Part shown: one piece after another, positions 1 to 9,708 of the stretch
Position numbering within the stretch: the first letter of the stretch is position 1
How the letters are laid out: each line of letters opens with the position of its first letter
IMG/VR virus record: IMGVR_UViG_3300045988_156100
DNA length: 37,764 bases
Origin: a virus
Strand: one strand, 5' to 3'
The notes under the pieces: generated by a model
What the model saw: the letters and a program-made list of their open reading frames with translations, nothing else
Told to the model about the DNA's origin: nothing
The model's database searches: none
Position numbers and translations under genes: made by a program

Positions 1-55
1 CGGCGGATGCGGGTAGGCAGTACACGACTGAGTCCTGGTCGACGCACATGTGCGC
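1..55 (+). repeat. Terminal overlap, identical to 37710..37764
   Basis: The string cggcggatgcgggtaggcagtacacgactgagtcctggtcgacgcacatgtgcgc occurs at both window ends. The endolysin reading frame continues seamlessly across the junction. Confidence 0.95.
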
Positions 56-202
56 GGACGCGACGACGCTGCCACCAGCGAAGTAACGGGCGACGTTCTC
101 CGCTGTCTGAGGCCCCTCTGGGGCCTCCATTGTGTGAATGACAACCACACGACATGGCACTTCACGTTGCTCGTAGTAGTGGGCTGGGGTGTACTCACCC
201 AT
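1..202 (-). CDS. Endolysin, 5' portion (N-acetylmuramoyl-L-alanine amidase type); continues into 37129..37709 across the circular junction
   Basis: Minus-strand ATG at 202..200 gives MGEYTPAHYYEQREVPCRVVVIHTMEAPEGPQTAENVARYFAGGSVVASAH. This joins in frame to MCVDQDSVVYC... of ORF 37129..37758. IHTxE...AxY...SAH resembles Amidase_2/PGRP-type motifs. Confidence 0.8.
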   Translation of the reverse strand, partial: MGEYTPAHYYEQREVPCRVVVIHTMEAPEGPQTAENVARYFAGGSVVASAHMCVDQDSVVYCLPASA

Positions 203-220
203 AGCACTCCTTTCTGTTTT

Positions 221-811
221 TCACCAGGGGATATAACAGGCAGACACGGGCACGATCCATCCGTTTCCGAGGCGCACCGTCGTGTACCTCTTAATGCCAA
301 GCCTGCCGTTCGTCTGAACGCGGAGTTCCGCGTATGTAGACTCGAAATCAGAGCCGTTCGCGGTGACTGACGCCCCGATAAACTGTTCAGATGACGGTCT
401 GAACTGGTAGGGGATTGTCAGGATGTTGTCCTGGTCGCCGCCGTTTGACACGACGGCACCTGAGAGCTGTACGACGCCTCCGCGCATGCAGATCGTTGGG
501 GTGTGGCCTCCAGCCACCGCCCATCCTGACGACACCGGCAGGGTCTGCCAGGGCAAGTTACGCCCGGACACGTCGGCCCACCCCCTGCCGTTGCAGGCGG
601 TCAGGCACCCGAGGTCGGTCCTGTATACGAATACGGGGTTGGACTCTGAGACCACTGTGCCTGCGGCTTTCGCCGCGTTGACAATCGCGTCCGCAGACGC
701 CTGATTGTGGCACGTCGTGATGTTGTTGATGGAGTCCGCCGTGACCGGCCAGGAGGCCAGATAGTCGTCCGACGGGCCGGGGATCTGCACGCCGTTCCAG
801 CGTTTCTGCAT
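221..811 (-). CDS. Minor tail / putative receptor-binding protein
   Basis: 196-aa ORF, the last of the tail genes and immediately upstream of the endolysin. It is Cys/Gly/Trp-rich. The function is inferred from position only. Confidence 0.5.
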   Translation of the reverse strand: MQKRWNGVQIPGPSDDYLASWPVTADSINNITTCHNQASADAIVNAAKAAGTVVSESNPVFVYRTDLGCLTACNGRGWADVSGRNLPWQTLPVSSGWAVAGGHTPTICMRGGVVQLSGAVVSNGGDQDNILTIPYQFRPSSEQFIGASVTANGSDFESTYAELRVQTNGRLGIKRYTTVRLGNGWIVPVSACYIPW

Positions 812-819
812 GCTTCTTC

Positions 820-1629
820 CTATCGATTAGAGGTGGCGACGAGGGCTGCGCTGACGGCCCACCCCCACACGCCCACCGTGGAGGATTGGCCGTTTCTCAC
901 GAGGATGCTGATCGTGTCGCCGAGGCCCAGGCGCACGATCCCGTACGCGGTCGGCGTCGCGTACTGCCTCTCAGGCGCGTACGCGTCAGCTCGCGGGTGC
1001 GTGTCCCACACGCTCGACGGCGCGGCAGCTCCTGACCGATGCACGCTCACTCCGCAGGTGATCGGGCCGTCCCAGCCCGTCGACCACGCGTGTACGCGCG
1101 CGCTCACCGCATACAGGCCGGGAGCCTCCACAGCGACCTCGTATGCCTTGGCCGTACCGTCCTGCGTGAAACCGCTGCAGGCGGCGAGCTCGCCGCCCTC
1201 GAACAGTGGGAGCCGCGCCCAGTACGTGGGTGGCACGTCGTACCCGGTTGACCGGATACCCGAGTCCCAGCCGAGCACAGGCGCACTCGTGTCAACGAGC
1301 GCGTTGTATTTGCCCGTGAGATCCTGTAGGGCCCTGCCGGTCTCACCGACCGCGACGGTCGGCGTCCCTCGAGGCGCGCGCATAGCAGGAGCGTGCGCCA
1401 TGGTCGCCGCCCCATCAGACCCTCGCGAAACGCGCACGCGCGCTCCGATGTAGGTCAGGCCAGCAGCAGACTGTGTGATCACAGTCTGGCCATCAGGTGA
1501 ACCGTCGAGGTGTACCTCGACGAGGCCGTTAGCCTCGTCGTAGATCGAGGTGACCGTTCCTGCCATGACGTCCATAGCCGTTGACCGCCGTGGAGGCGAA
1601 ACGTCGAGCCACGAAGATAGAGCATCCAT
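820..1629 (-). CDS. Minor tail protein (tail tip/fibre candidate)
   Basis: 269-aa ORF lying 5 nt downstream of the previous tail gene. The function is positional. Confidence 0.5.
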   Translation of the reverse strand: MDALSSWLDVSPPRRSTAMDVMAGTVTSIYDEANGLVEVHLDGSPDGQTVITQSAAGLTYIGARVRVSRGSDGAATMAHAPAMRAPRGTPTVAVGETGRALQDLTGKYNALVDTSAPVLGWDSGIRSTGYDVPPTYWARLPLFEGGELAACSGFTQDGTAKAYEVAVEAPGLYAVSARVHAWSTGWDGPITCGVSVHRSGAAAPSSVWDTHPRADAYAPERQYATPTAYGIVRLGLGDTISILVRNGQSSTVGVWGWAVSAALVATSNR

Positions 1630-1634
1630 TACAC

Positions 1635-2729
1635 CTACCTGCCGTCCTGGATTTCGAGGTCGACGCGCATGACCTGCGCCGGGTCATCTAGGGTCATGGA
1701 GTAGCCCGTCACCCGACCGCGCAGGGCCTCGCTGCTGTTCAGGTGGGTGACGCGCACGTCGACAACATCACCGAGCTCGAGACGCGGGTCGGTGACAATC
1801 TGCAGAGCGCGCGCCTCCGACGCCGCTAGCGACGCCGCCATGTACGTTTCAGCAGCCTCGCGAATCTGATCCTCAGACTCAGCCACATCCATCGTGTTAC
1901 TGGATGTCACCACGCCATAGGTATCAGCCCTGTATCGGGGGTCAGTCCAATTGCTGACGACCGCCGCCCACTTGATTTCCTCCTTTTCCCCGCCGTCGTC
2001 GCGCTCAGACGCGTCGGTCTTGGGGGAGCCAGTTACCATCCACCTGTTGGGCTGGCGCGGGCGGCTGCGGCGGTTAGCGGAGATCAGCAGATCGCGGCCT
2101 GTGTAGGTCGCGACCGCCGTGTCCGTAGGTGTCGGTGTCGTGACGTGGAGGATCCCGTCGGGGGTGACGCGGTAGACCATTCCGAAGGCCTCGACGAGTT
2201 TTTGGATGGCGTCGAGACGTCCGGTGCCCCACTCGAAAAGTCTGTGGATGCTGAAGTTTCGGGCGACTGCGGTCTGGATACCTCCGTCGCTCGGCTCGCC
2301 CGCTAGGCGCTGCACCTCAGACGCGAGAGTGGCCCCATCGGGTGGGGATGAGGGCCAGAGCATTTCGTTTTTTTCGAGGCGCTGCGTCAAATCCAACGCT
2401 TCGACGGCCACGTGGCCGTCGTCGGTTTCTTCCCAGCTTTCGATCTGGTAGAAGCCCACCTGGACGTCCCACTCGCCGCGGGGCGATGCGATGCGCGCAG
2501 CAATGTGGACGCGCTGGCCGAAGCATGCCAGCGGAGCGTCCCACGAGGCGGGCACGTACTCATGTGGTGCTGAAAACGTCACGCGCGTCTGCACCGCGCG
2601 ATCAGCGGACGCCTCAATCTGCACGTCCCACGCGGGGATGATGACAGACGATCCCCTGAATTCCGCCGTAACCACTGGCGTGATGGTGACTGGCCCGGAC
2701 AGGACAGGCACATCGGGTCCGGGCCTCAC
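1635..2729 (-). CDS. Minor tail protein (Tal-like position)
   Basis: The ORF is open from 2813. GTG at 2729 overlaps the upstream stop (GTGA) and is the likely start. It is the second gene after the tape measure. Confidence 0.55.
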   Translation of the reverse strand: MRPGPDVPVLSGPVTITPVVTAEFRGSSVIIPAWDVQIEASADRAVQTRVTFSAPHEYVPASWDAPLACFGQRVHIAARIASPRGEWDVQVGFYQIESWEETDDGHVAVEALDLTQRLEKNEMLWPSSPPDGATLASEVQRLAGEPSDGGIQTAVARNFSIHRLFEWGTGRLDAIQKLVEAFGMVYRVTPDGILHVTTPTPTDTAVATYTGRDLLISANRRSRPRQPNRWMVTGSPKTDASERDDGGEKEEIKWAAVVSNWTDPRYRADTYGVVTSSNTMDVAESEDQIREAAETYMAASLAASEARALQIVTDPRLELGDVVDVRVTHLNSSEALRGRVTGYSMTLDDPAQVMRVDLEIQDGR

Positions 2730-3448
2730 AGCGGCATCCCTGCCATCCAATGGGCCGCCTGTAGGTATGTCATGTGTCGCCACTTCCCGTACTTTGCTTG
2801 CACGGCGCCCCATGTGATCAGCGAGCCGCCGCCCGCCGCCGTTGCTGCTTCCTCCATGTCGGCGGGTTTGTAATCAAGCGTCCACTCGCGGCGGACGCGA
2901 TCACGGCGGCCCGTGCGCTTCGACGAGGCGCTGGTGACCGTCACGCACCTGACCTCGGGTACGTCACAGTCACGCAGGCCGCACGCAGCGTGCGAGTGCA
3001 GCGACACGAGGGGCTGCCTCATGTCAAGCAACTTTTCGACCAACGCGGATTCCCCAGCGTATGCGAGGAATTCAAGACGCCCAGTGGGCTCTGCCGAGAC
3101 AGTCGCGTAACGCGCGATGGCAGTGCGACGGTCCTGCAGGTCGAACGCGGCGACGCGCGTGTCATACGCGCGCTCGTCGTCGCCGACCCACGAGACTGCG
3201 GCGGTTACACGCCCGTCAAGCGACGCCAGAGCGTGCGGGGGGCCGACACGCCGCAGGCCATAACGCAAGCTCCCGACGGCGTACTCGGTCTCCACACCGG
3301 GAGCAGCGAACATGTCACTGAACACCGGCGGAGTCCCAGGCGGGTTCACGAGGCGCGCACCCGCGTAGACCCGAGCGCCGAGGTCTTTCCCGTCCAGGAA
3401 AAACGACGGTAACCCGGTCTCTTTCGAGACCCACGCTTTAATTGTCAC
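2726..3448 (-). CDS. Distal tail protein (Dit-like position)
   Basis: 240-aa ORF whose GTG start overlaps the tape-measure stop (GTGA). It is the first gene after the tape measure. Confidence 0.55.
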   Translation of the reverse strand: MTIKAWVSKETGLPSFFLDGKDLGARVYAGARLVNPPGTPPVFSDMFAAPGVETEYAVGSLRYGLRRVGPPHALASLDGRVTAAVSWVGDDERAYDTRVAAFDLQDRRTAIARYATVSAEPTGRLEFLAYAGESALVEKLLDMRQPLVSLHSHAACGLRDCDVPEVRCVTVTSASSKRTGRRDRVRREWTLDYKPADMEEAATAAGGGSLITWGAVQAKYGKWRHMTYLQAAHWMAGMPL

Positions 3449-6400
3449 TGTACGCTCCTCACGACTTTTACAGCCTCGGTACGGGCAAAAGCGCGCGTCT
3501 CTTCACCCGTCCAGGGGTTGGTGACAAGCGCGGTCACGTGAATCGACGCGCCAGACAGGCCAGCGCCAGAGCCGCCGGGGACACCGCCTGTCGCGTACGG
3601 CGACGCCGCCCCAGGGATGTACGTCCCACCGAAGATGTCGGCGATCTGCGCGAGGATAGCCTCGCTGCGCTTGCGCTTGGACTTGGCGAGGGGAATGTAC
3701 CCCTCGCCGCCCGTCTCGGGCTCGGCCCAGATGCGCCAGGCCCCTGCGGGGGCGATCTGCGCGACGTGCTGCTCGCGGTGGAAACCACCACCCGCGTAGA
3801 ATGACAGGACAGACCCGTCGGCCTGCGCAGACGGCCCGCCGCTCTGGCTGTACGTCCCGACGACGTTCACATACCAGGTTTGCCCATCCCATGTCGCCTT
3901 GATACTGCTCATGACGCTGCTGACGTAATCATTGGCATTGATATTGACGTACGGGTTGTACCCGTCAATCTCTGCCTTGATTGCATCGAGTTTCCTGTTT
4001 GCCTCGTCGTTATTACCGTCGATAGTGACGGTGCCAGTCGCCGCGTCGACCTCGCCAACAGCGGCCACCAACTGCGCGATAGCCGGATCCTTGTTGGCGT
4101 CAATATCGATGGTCCCGTCCTGATTCTGCGCATATCCCAACGTCTCTAGAATCGTCGTGATAGCCGAATCATTAACGGCATTGATAGTGATCGTTCCACC
4201 ATTCTGAGCCTGCACATATGCGATAAACGAATCAACAGACGCATTAGCTGCCTCTGTCTCAGCGGTCACGTGAGACTCAATGTTGGTGGGGATCAAATTC
4301 AGTTGATCCGCGAGCGCGGCAGCTTCATCAGATGAGAGGCCCATTGATTGGGCGACGCTGATGAAGTTGTCGCGCGTGAGCTGCATTGCGGCTTGCATGT
4401 CCTCCATGGTGGCGCCGTTTTTTTCCATGGATTCGACGAGCTTCCAGCCGGATTGTGCGAGGTCGTCGAGGGCGGCCTGGTTGGCGCGCCCGGCGGCAGT
4501 GGTGATGTCGAGGGTCTGGCCGTTCTTTTCCACTGCCGCATTGGCTGCGTCGATGGCATCGTAGAGGTCACGCCAGGACCCGCGTTCGCCCAGGATGATG
4601 TCCTGTAGAGTCTTTTGGGCGTCGATCAGGTCGTGTGTGGCTTTGGCCTGGTCCTCCATGGCCTTGGCTGCTTTGTTCGCGGCGCCCGCGAGCTGGTCCT
4701 GGGCGCTGCTGTTCTTGATTCCAGCTTCGGCGGCGAGGTCGTTTTGTTCCTTCGCCTTGGTGAGGGCTTCGCTCTCACTGTTGAGGGACTCTTTAACCTG
4801 GTTCGACAGTTCCAGGTATTCTTTCGTTTTTGCCGGGCTGGTCTTTGCAGCGTCGTGCGCAGCGGTTAGGGTGCGGTTAACGCGTTCCATTGCGTCGGAT
4901 GAGCCTGCGGCGGCGTCGACCAGGTCGTTGATGTCGCCGCCGAGCTGTTTGTAGGCGTCGGCTGCGGACTTCGCGCGCTTCGAGTCAAACAGCCGCCAGA
5001 ATCCGCTGTCGTCCTCTGATAGGTTGCGCAGGGCGATAGCGCGGGTCGATTCCGTCGCGGCGCCCGTGACGCTGTTCAGGCTTTCCGCGTATTCCTTGGC
5101 CGCGGCGGACGCGCGGGCTTGCTGCGCCTGGTAGTCGCCTAGGACGGCGGTCAGGCCGACCACGGCGGCGGTCGCGGCGAACCCCCACGGGCCGCCGAAC
5201 GCGCCCAGGAGCGCAGATCCCGCGCCCTTGGCGGCGTTGCCGATACCAGCCAGTGCGGGCGTCGCCGCCTGCGACAGGGCGCGAACGTTGGACACGCCGT
5301 TCGCGCGGGCGGTCACCCAGGCGTTGCCGAACCCGCCGATAGCGGCGCGGGTCTCCGTGAGGCCGCCGCGCATGCCGCTGAATCCGTCCATGATCCGGGT
5401 CAGGAATGGGATGGAGCCGTTCAGGGATTGCATGGCTGTACGAATGTCCATCACCATGGTAAACAGCTTCATGCCTCCGCCTGCGGCGAGTGCGGCGGCG
5501 GACGTGAATGCGGCGAGGCCGAGCGCGCCTTGCTGCACAGGTGCGGGGAGGGCGCTGAAGGCGTTGACGGCCTGCTCCGCGCCCTGCACGATGCTGCGCA
5601 GGAAGCTGTTAGCGCCGCTGCCGCTCTTGATGAACAGAGTCTCGAAGCTACCGCCGAGCTTCTCGATGTCGCCTTTGAGGTTGTCCATTCGGGCATTGGC
5701 GGTCTCCGCCGCGTAGCCGGCGTCGTTCACCTTATCAATCCAGGATTGGATGCCCTCTGCGCCCTGCTCGTACAGGATCGATGCTGCGCGGATTGCGTCC
5801 TGGCCGAACATCTTTTTGAGAGCCGCCTGACGGTCCTCTGCGGTGAGCTTCGACAGGCTGTCGTGTAGCTGGCCCGCGTAGGCGGCGAGGCCGACGAACT
5901 GGCCCTGCGCGTCATACGCGTGGATGCCGAGCTCTTCCATGTACTTCGCGGCTTGCTTGGACTGGGGTGTCATGTTCAGGAGCATCGTCTTGAATGACGT
6001 GCCCGCGTCGGAGCCAAGGAGGCCGGCGGCGGCGAACGATGCGAGCGCGCCGGTGGTTTCCTCGATGCTGAGGCCAGTCTGGGAGGCGACGAGGCCCGCT
6101 TGTTTGAGGGCCATGCCGAGGTCGGAAACGTCGCCCATTGCCTTGCCTGCACCGGCGGCGAGGAGGTCGGCGACGTGGCCGACGTCAGACCCAGAGAGCT
6201 TGAACTGCGTCAGGGCGACGGACGCGATGCCTGCCGCGTCAGCGACACCCAGGCCGCCCGCGGCGGCCAGGTCGAGCGACCCTTTGAGGCCGCCGTTCAG
6301 GATGTCAGCCGTAGACACACCAGCCTTGGCGAGCTCCTCGATTGCCCCGGCTGCTTCGGACGCGCTGAACGCGGTGTCGGCGCCCGCCTGAATCGCGGCC

Positions 6401-6762
6401 TCACGGAGCTGGTTCATGTTTTCGGCGGACTCGTGCGTCGCGGCCTGCACATTGCTCATGGCCGCGTCGAAGTCGGCGAAAGACTTGACAACGTATCCGG
6501 CGGCGGCTGCCGCGGCGACACCGTACCCGACCATGGCTGTTGAGGCGGTGTCCCAGGCGGCGCGCTGTAGTTGGGCGGACTGTGCGAGGCGGCCCATGGT
6601 GGTCTCGGCGACCTTGCCGGTCGGATCGCCCTTCGCGGCGAGCTGCTCCAGGCTCGTCGCGGCGGACTTGATTTGCCGGTTGAAATCGGCGACGTTGGCG
6701 CGCAGTGTGACCTTGACGCTACGTTCGGTCATGGGTGTCCTTTCTGCGCGCCAACGCGCCAA
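3445..6762 (-). CDS. Tape measure protein
   Basis: 1105 aa, Ala/Gly-rich with long coiled-coil stretches and hydrophobic segments. It lies directly after the chaperone pair. Confidence 0.9.
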   Translation of the reverse strand: MARWRAERTPMTERSVKVTLRANVADFNRQIKSAATSLEQLAAKGDPTGKVAETTMGRLAQSAQLQRAAWDTASTAMVGYGVAAAAAAGYVVKSFADFDAAMSNVQAATHESAENMNQLREAAIQAGADTAFSASEAAGAIEELAKAGVSTADILNGGLKGSLDLAAAGGLGVADAAGIASVALTQFKLSGSDVGHVADLLAAGAGKAMGDVSDLGMALKQAGLVASQTGLSIEETTGALASFAAAGLLGSDAGTSFKTMLLNMTPQSKQAAKYMEELGIHAYDAQGQFVGLAAYAGQLHDSLSKLTAEDRQAALKKMFGQDAIRAASILYEQGAEGIQSWIDKVNDAGYAAETANARMDNLKGDIEKLGGSFETLFIKSGSGANSFLRSIVQGAEQAVNAFSALPAPVQQGALGLAAFTSAAALAAGGGMKLFTMVMDIRTAMQSLNGSIPFLTRIMDGFSGMRGGLTETRAAIGGFGNAWVTARANGVSNVRALSQAATPALAGIGNAAKGAGSALLGAFGGPWGFAATAAVVGLTAVLGDYQAQQARASAAAKEYAESLNSVTGAATESTRAIALRNLSEDDSGFWRLFDSKRAKSAADAYKQLGGDINDLVDAAAGSSDAMERVNRTLTAAHDAAKTSPAKTKEYLELSNQVKESLNSESEALTKAKEQNDLAAEAGIKNSSAQDQLAGAANKAAKAMEDQAKATHDLIDAQKTLQDIILGERGSWRDLYDAIDAANAAVEKNGQTLDITTAAGRANQAALDDLAQSGWKLVESMEKNGATMEDMQAAMQLTRDNFISVAQSMGLSSDEAAALADQLNLIPTNIESHVTAETEAANASVDSFIAYVQAQNGGTITINAVNDSAITTILETLGYAQNQDGTIDIDANKDPAIAQLVAAVGEVDAATGTVTIDGNNDEANRKLDAIKAEIDGYNPYVNINANDYVSSVMSSIKATWDGQTWYVNVVGTYSQSGGPSAQADGSVLSFYAGGGFHREQHVAQIAPAGAWRIWAEPETGGEGYIPLAKSKRKRSEAILAQIADIFGGTYIPGAASPYATGGVPGGSGAGLSGASIHVTALVTNPWTGEETRAFARTEAVKVVRSVQ

Positions 6763-6787
6763 TCCACCAGGGGCGCGTTACCCCTTT

Positions 6788-7204
6788 TTATTCCTCGGTT
6801 CCGGTGAATACCACGCGAGGCACCACGCCTGGCGACGGCCCGTTTTTGTTGCGTTTGCGCCAAATATCCAACGCAAGCTGAGCGTTGTCTTGGCACTCTT
6901 CAACTTCAAAGTACCCCTCATAATCGCCTTCTGTGAGGCGCTTGGGGTACCCGTACGAGCCGACGCGGGTGTCCTCGTACATGTCGAGCGCGCCCGCGAG
7001 GGCACGGTCGGTGTCGCACCACCCGTCGCCTGGTATACCCAGGAACTCAGTCGGGCGCGCGCCCCACTTCTTCGCGCTTCGGAGTGCGCGGACCAGCCAC
7101 GCGCCTGCGGGCCGGTCCAAGCACTCCGTCAGGAAGGGACCGAGATACGAGGCGCCTGCGTATTGACTGCGGCGACGGCCTGCAGCAGGGCGACGACCTG
7201 CGGT
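6788..7204 (-). CDS. Tail assembly chaperone, T extension (-1 frame relative to G; expressed as a G-T fusion if frameshifting occurs)
   Basis: The frame is open from 7204 down to the stop at 6788. It sits at -1 relative to ORF 7129..7656 and overlaps that ORF's 3' end. This is the canonical position between the major tail and tape-measure genes. Confidence 0.55.
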   Translation of the reverse strand, partial: TAGRRPAAGRRRSQYAGASYLGPFLTECLDRPAGAWLVRALRSAKKWGARPTEFLGIPGDGWCDTDRALAGALDMYEDTRVGSYGYPKRLTEGDYEGYFEVEECQDNAQLALDIWRKRNKNGPSPGVVPRVVFTGTEE

Positions 7205-7656
7205 TCAACGCGGTCGCGCAGGGTTGCGAGCATGGCCGGTGTGATGCCTTCGGGCACGATGACCTGTGCGGCGAGCTGCTCCAGGGTCGTTTCGTCGCCG
7301 TCCAGGCCACGATCTTCACAGTCCTTGCGGAACCGCTGCACCCAATCGGCGGACCTACCCTGCACGGTGATGTCGAGGGCCGACGCTCGGATCTGGTTGG
7401 CAACGGTGCGCATCTTGTCCTTAGCGTCGCGCATGTCGTCGACGTTCACGGCGGCCTTGGCCTCGTTGTACTGTGCCTCGAGGGCGGACAAGATGGAGAA
7501 CAGGTGACCGTGAGCGTAAACAGTCACCGTACGTTCCACGGGAGTGACACCTGCGATCCAGGCGGCGAGGTCAAACGTCTCAGGGGTGACGGTCTCGTCG
7601 GGGTTGGTGTGCGCGAGGGTGAGGTCGCTCATCGTGAGCTCATCGTTGGCTGCCAT
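7129..7656 (-). CDS. Tail assembly chaperone G
   Basis: 175-aa acidic protein between the major tail protein and the tape measure. Confidence 0.7.
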   Translation of the reverse strand: MAANDELTMSDLTLAHTNPDETVTPETFDLAAWIAGVTPVERTVTVYAHGHLFSILSALEAQYNEAKAAVNVDDMRDAKDKMRTVANQIRASALDITVQGRSADWVQRFRKDCEDRGLDGDETTLEQLAAQVIVPEGITPAMLATLRDRVEPQVVALLQAVAAVNTQAPRISVPS

Positions 7657-7778
7657 GCCATGCTCCTATGTGTAGCTATCGGGTGGGGTCTGGGCTGCCG
7701 TCGGTGGGTGTGCCCGCCCGGCAGGTCTGGCAGCCCATTAACGGAACCTGCCGGGCGGGAGATAAGCGGGGAGGAGGA

Positions 7779-8303
7779 TCAGGCGGGCAGGATGCCAATC
7801 ACCTTGACCTCTTCCGCTGCGTTCATGACGTTCAGCTTCGCGGTGCGCTTGATGTAGCCCGCGAAGCGGTCGGACGGCTTGGTCGGCGTGCCGAGAACAA
7901 CCTCGTACACCGACACGATGTCGCCTTCGGCGATGTTCTTGGATTCGACGGGGCCTTCGCGTTCGACCAACCAAATGGTTGACCCTTTCTTCTTGATAAG
8001 GTCCCATACAAAATCCTCTGACGGGTCTGGCTGACCATTGTCGTCGAGGTAGCGAAACACAGTGATGTTGCCGGCGTAGGACGTGGGGCCGGGGGCCTTG
8101 CCCTCGCCGGTCTTGCACATCTCCTGCTCCGTGATTTCAGTGTCGGAGTCAGCGCCGAGCGCATAATCCGACTTCATAATGTGGCAAGAAATCTTCTTGC
8201 CCGCCTTGATTTCGTTGACGGACGGCATCGCGATGTTCTGCGGCTTCGCGGTGAGCGCCCACAGGGTGATGCGGCCATCTGCCAGGGTCTTGGCACCGGG
8301 CAT
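7779..8303 (-). CDS. Major tail protein
   Basis: Start taken at MPGAKTLADGRITLW... (ATG 8303 overlaps the upstream TAA by 1 nt). 174 aa, in the position upstream of the chaperones. Confidence 0.7.
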   Translation of the reverse strand: MPGAKTLADGRITLWALTAKPQNIAMPSVNEIKAGKKISCHIMKSDYALGADSDTEITEQEMCKTGEGKAPGPTSYAGNITVFRYLDDNGQPDPSEDFVWDLIKKKGSTIWLVEREGPVESKNIAEGDIVSVYEVVLGTPTKPSDRFAGYIKRTAKLNVMNAAEEVKVIGILPA

Positions 8304-8509
8304 TACTTGTCTCCTTCGGTGAGGTGGTCGGTGGTGTCGTCCCCACTGTCGGGGGCGTCGATGGATTCGTCCTCCTGGCCGCAACACAGCGGTTCGCGGG
8401 CCTCGGGAGGCGGGGTGAGCGTCCAGTCCTCACCCCAGATCGGGTGCCCGATCCAGTGCTCGGGGATGTCCTGAAACTCCTTGGTTCGGGTGTTGTAGGC
8501 AGTGACCAT
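8303..8509 (-). CDS. Hypothetical small acidic protein
   Basis: 68-aa ORF tightly packed between the neck genes and the major tail gene. Confidence 0.5.
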   Translation of the reverse strand: MVTAYNTRTKEFQDIPEHWIGHPIWGEDWTLTPPPEAREPLCCGQEDESIDAPDSGDDTTDHLTEGDK

Positions 8510-8510
8510 G

Positions 8511-8948
8511 TCACAGATCCTTCGTCTCAGGTGTGGCTCTCACTCGGAAAGTCACAGTGCAGTAGCGGGGCGCGCGGTTCGCAGGCGCGCCAACCGTGCT
8601 GTTATCAGCGCGCACGTCCGTCACTCCGACATGCGCGAGCGGGAAACAGCGCCACCCCTCGACGATGGGCGCCCAGCCGCGCAGCCGCGCCGTCACATCG
8701 TCCGCGAGCGCGAGGACGTTCACGGTCGTCGCGGCGACGACCTGCACGTGCAGGCGTACGTCGACGTCGCCGCCGCACCCGCTCATGGCCTCGGACGCTG
8801 CCAGGGTGGGCGGTCCCCACACGAACACGAAGGGGAGGCCGGGGTTGCTGGGCGGGTCTCCGACGAACACCTTGACGGCCTGGCCGGCCGACGTGATGGT
8901 GGCGAGGCGTTCGCGCATCTGGGTCATGATGGTGAGGGTTAGCCCCAT
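8511..8948 (-). CDS. Head-tail joining / tail terminator-like protein
   Basis: 145-aa ORF in the connector block. Its ATG overlaps the upstream gene by 10 nt. Confidence 0.55.
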   Translation of the reverse strand: MGLTLTIMTQMRERLATITSAGQAVKVFVGDPPSNPGLPFVFVWGPPTLAASEAMSGCGGDVDVRLHVQVVAATTVNVLALADDVTARLRGWAPIVEGWRCFPLAHVGVTDVRADNSTVGAPANRAPRYCTVTFRVRATPETKDL

Positions 8949-9328
8949 ATGTCCTCCACGATGTCGGCGATTGCCTTCTGAAACTCCTCGGCCTCCTCGT
9001 TCAGTGCCTCGATGGGGTCGCGGGTGTGGCCGCCGCCCCTCGAGGTGCCGAAGTACGCGATGTTTGCCAGCGCGCCGCTCGGCTTGTCGGGGCCGATTTC
9101 GGCTTCGACGGTCGTGCCGGTGTCGGTGAGGTCATAGGAGATGCTGCGTGCGACGTGGCGGATGCCGGCGTTTCCCGACTGCTCGAGGTCGGCCTGCATG
9201 GCGCGTTTTATGTTCAGCGCGCCTTTGCTGACGGCGGGCCGCAGCCAGCGGGACAGCTCACCAGGCATCCGGGTCGCGTCGGCGGCGATCTGCCTGACTT
9301 CGGTGGTGTCGATATCAATACCAGTCAC
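8939..9328 (-). CDS. Head-tail joining protein (HK97 gp10-like position)
   Basis: 129-aa ORF in the connector block. Confidence 0.55.
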   Translation of the reverse strand: MTGIDIDTTEVRQIAADATRMPGELSRWLRPAVSKGALNIKRAMQADLEQSGNAGIRHVARSISYDLTDTGTTVEAEIGPDKPSGALANIAYFGTSRGGGHTRDPIEALNEEAEEFQKAIADIVEDIWG

Positions 9329-9708
9329 AGGAGATCATCTCCGTTGGTCTCGACGTCCACCTGGAAACGCCTGCTCGTGACGTGAGTCTTGTCGAACAGC
9401 CCAGTGACGCGAAAGACACTCAGGTAGCCTGCGACGCGGATCAGGTCGCCGACCCTTACGACGTCCACGTGGTGCGGTAGGTGAATCGAGTACCGCTGCA
9501 GGGTGACGAGCGCACCGGCAGCGTTCGCCGCGGTCTCGTGCGCCTCGTACGTCTGGACCTTGCACGGGCCCGCCCATACGGGCGTCTCCGTGACCTGGTC
9601 GAGGCCGTCGGGGCCTGTGGTGACGGTCGGGCGGGTGACGGTCGCCCGGTCAATCATGAGGGCTTCGGCGGCCTTACGGCCCGCGATTACGGCGGTGCGC
9701 GCGCTCAT
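9325..9708 (-). CDS. Head-to-tail stopper/adaptor
   Basis: Start taken at MSARTAVIAG... (ATG 9708 overlaps the upstream TGA as ATGA). The longer 165-aa ORF would overlap the previous gene. Confidence 0.55.
   Translation of the reverse strand: MSARTAVIAGRKAAEALMIDRATVTRPTVTTGPDGLDQVTETPVWAGPCKVQTYEAHETAANAAGALVTLQRYSIHLPHHVDVVRVGDLIRVAGYLSVFRVTGLFDKTHVTSRRFQVDVETNGDDLL

Noticed and set aside
1-55. The 55-nt terminal repeat taken as a biological direct terminal repeat or an LTR.
   Set aside because: A gene reads straight through the junction, and the repeat length is typical of an assembler k-mer overlap. Circular closure is the simpler explanation, but this cannot be proven without reads.
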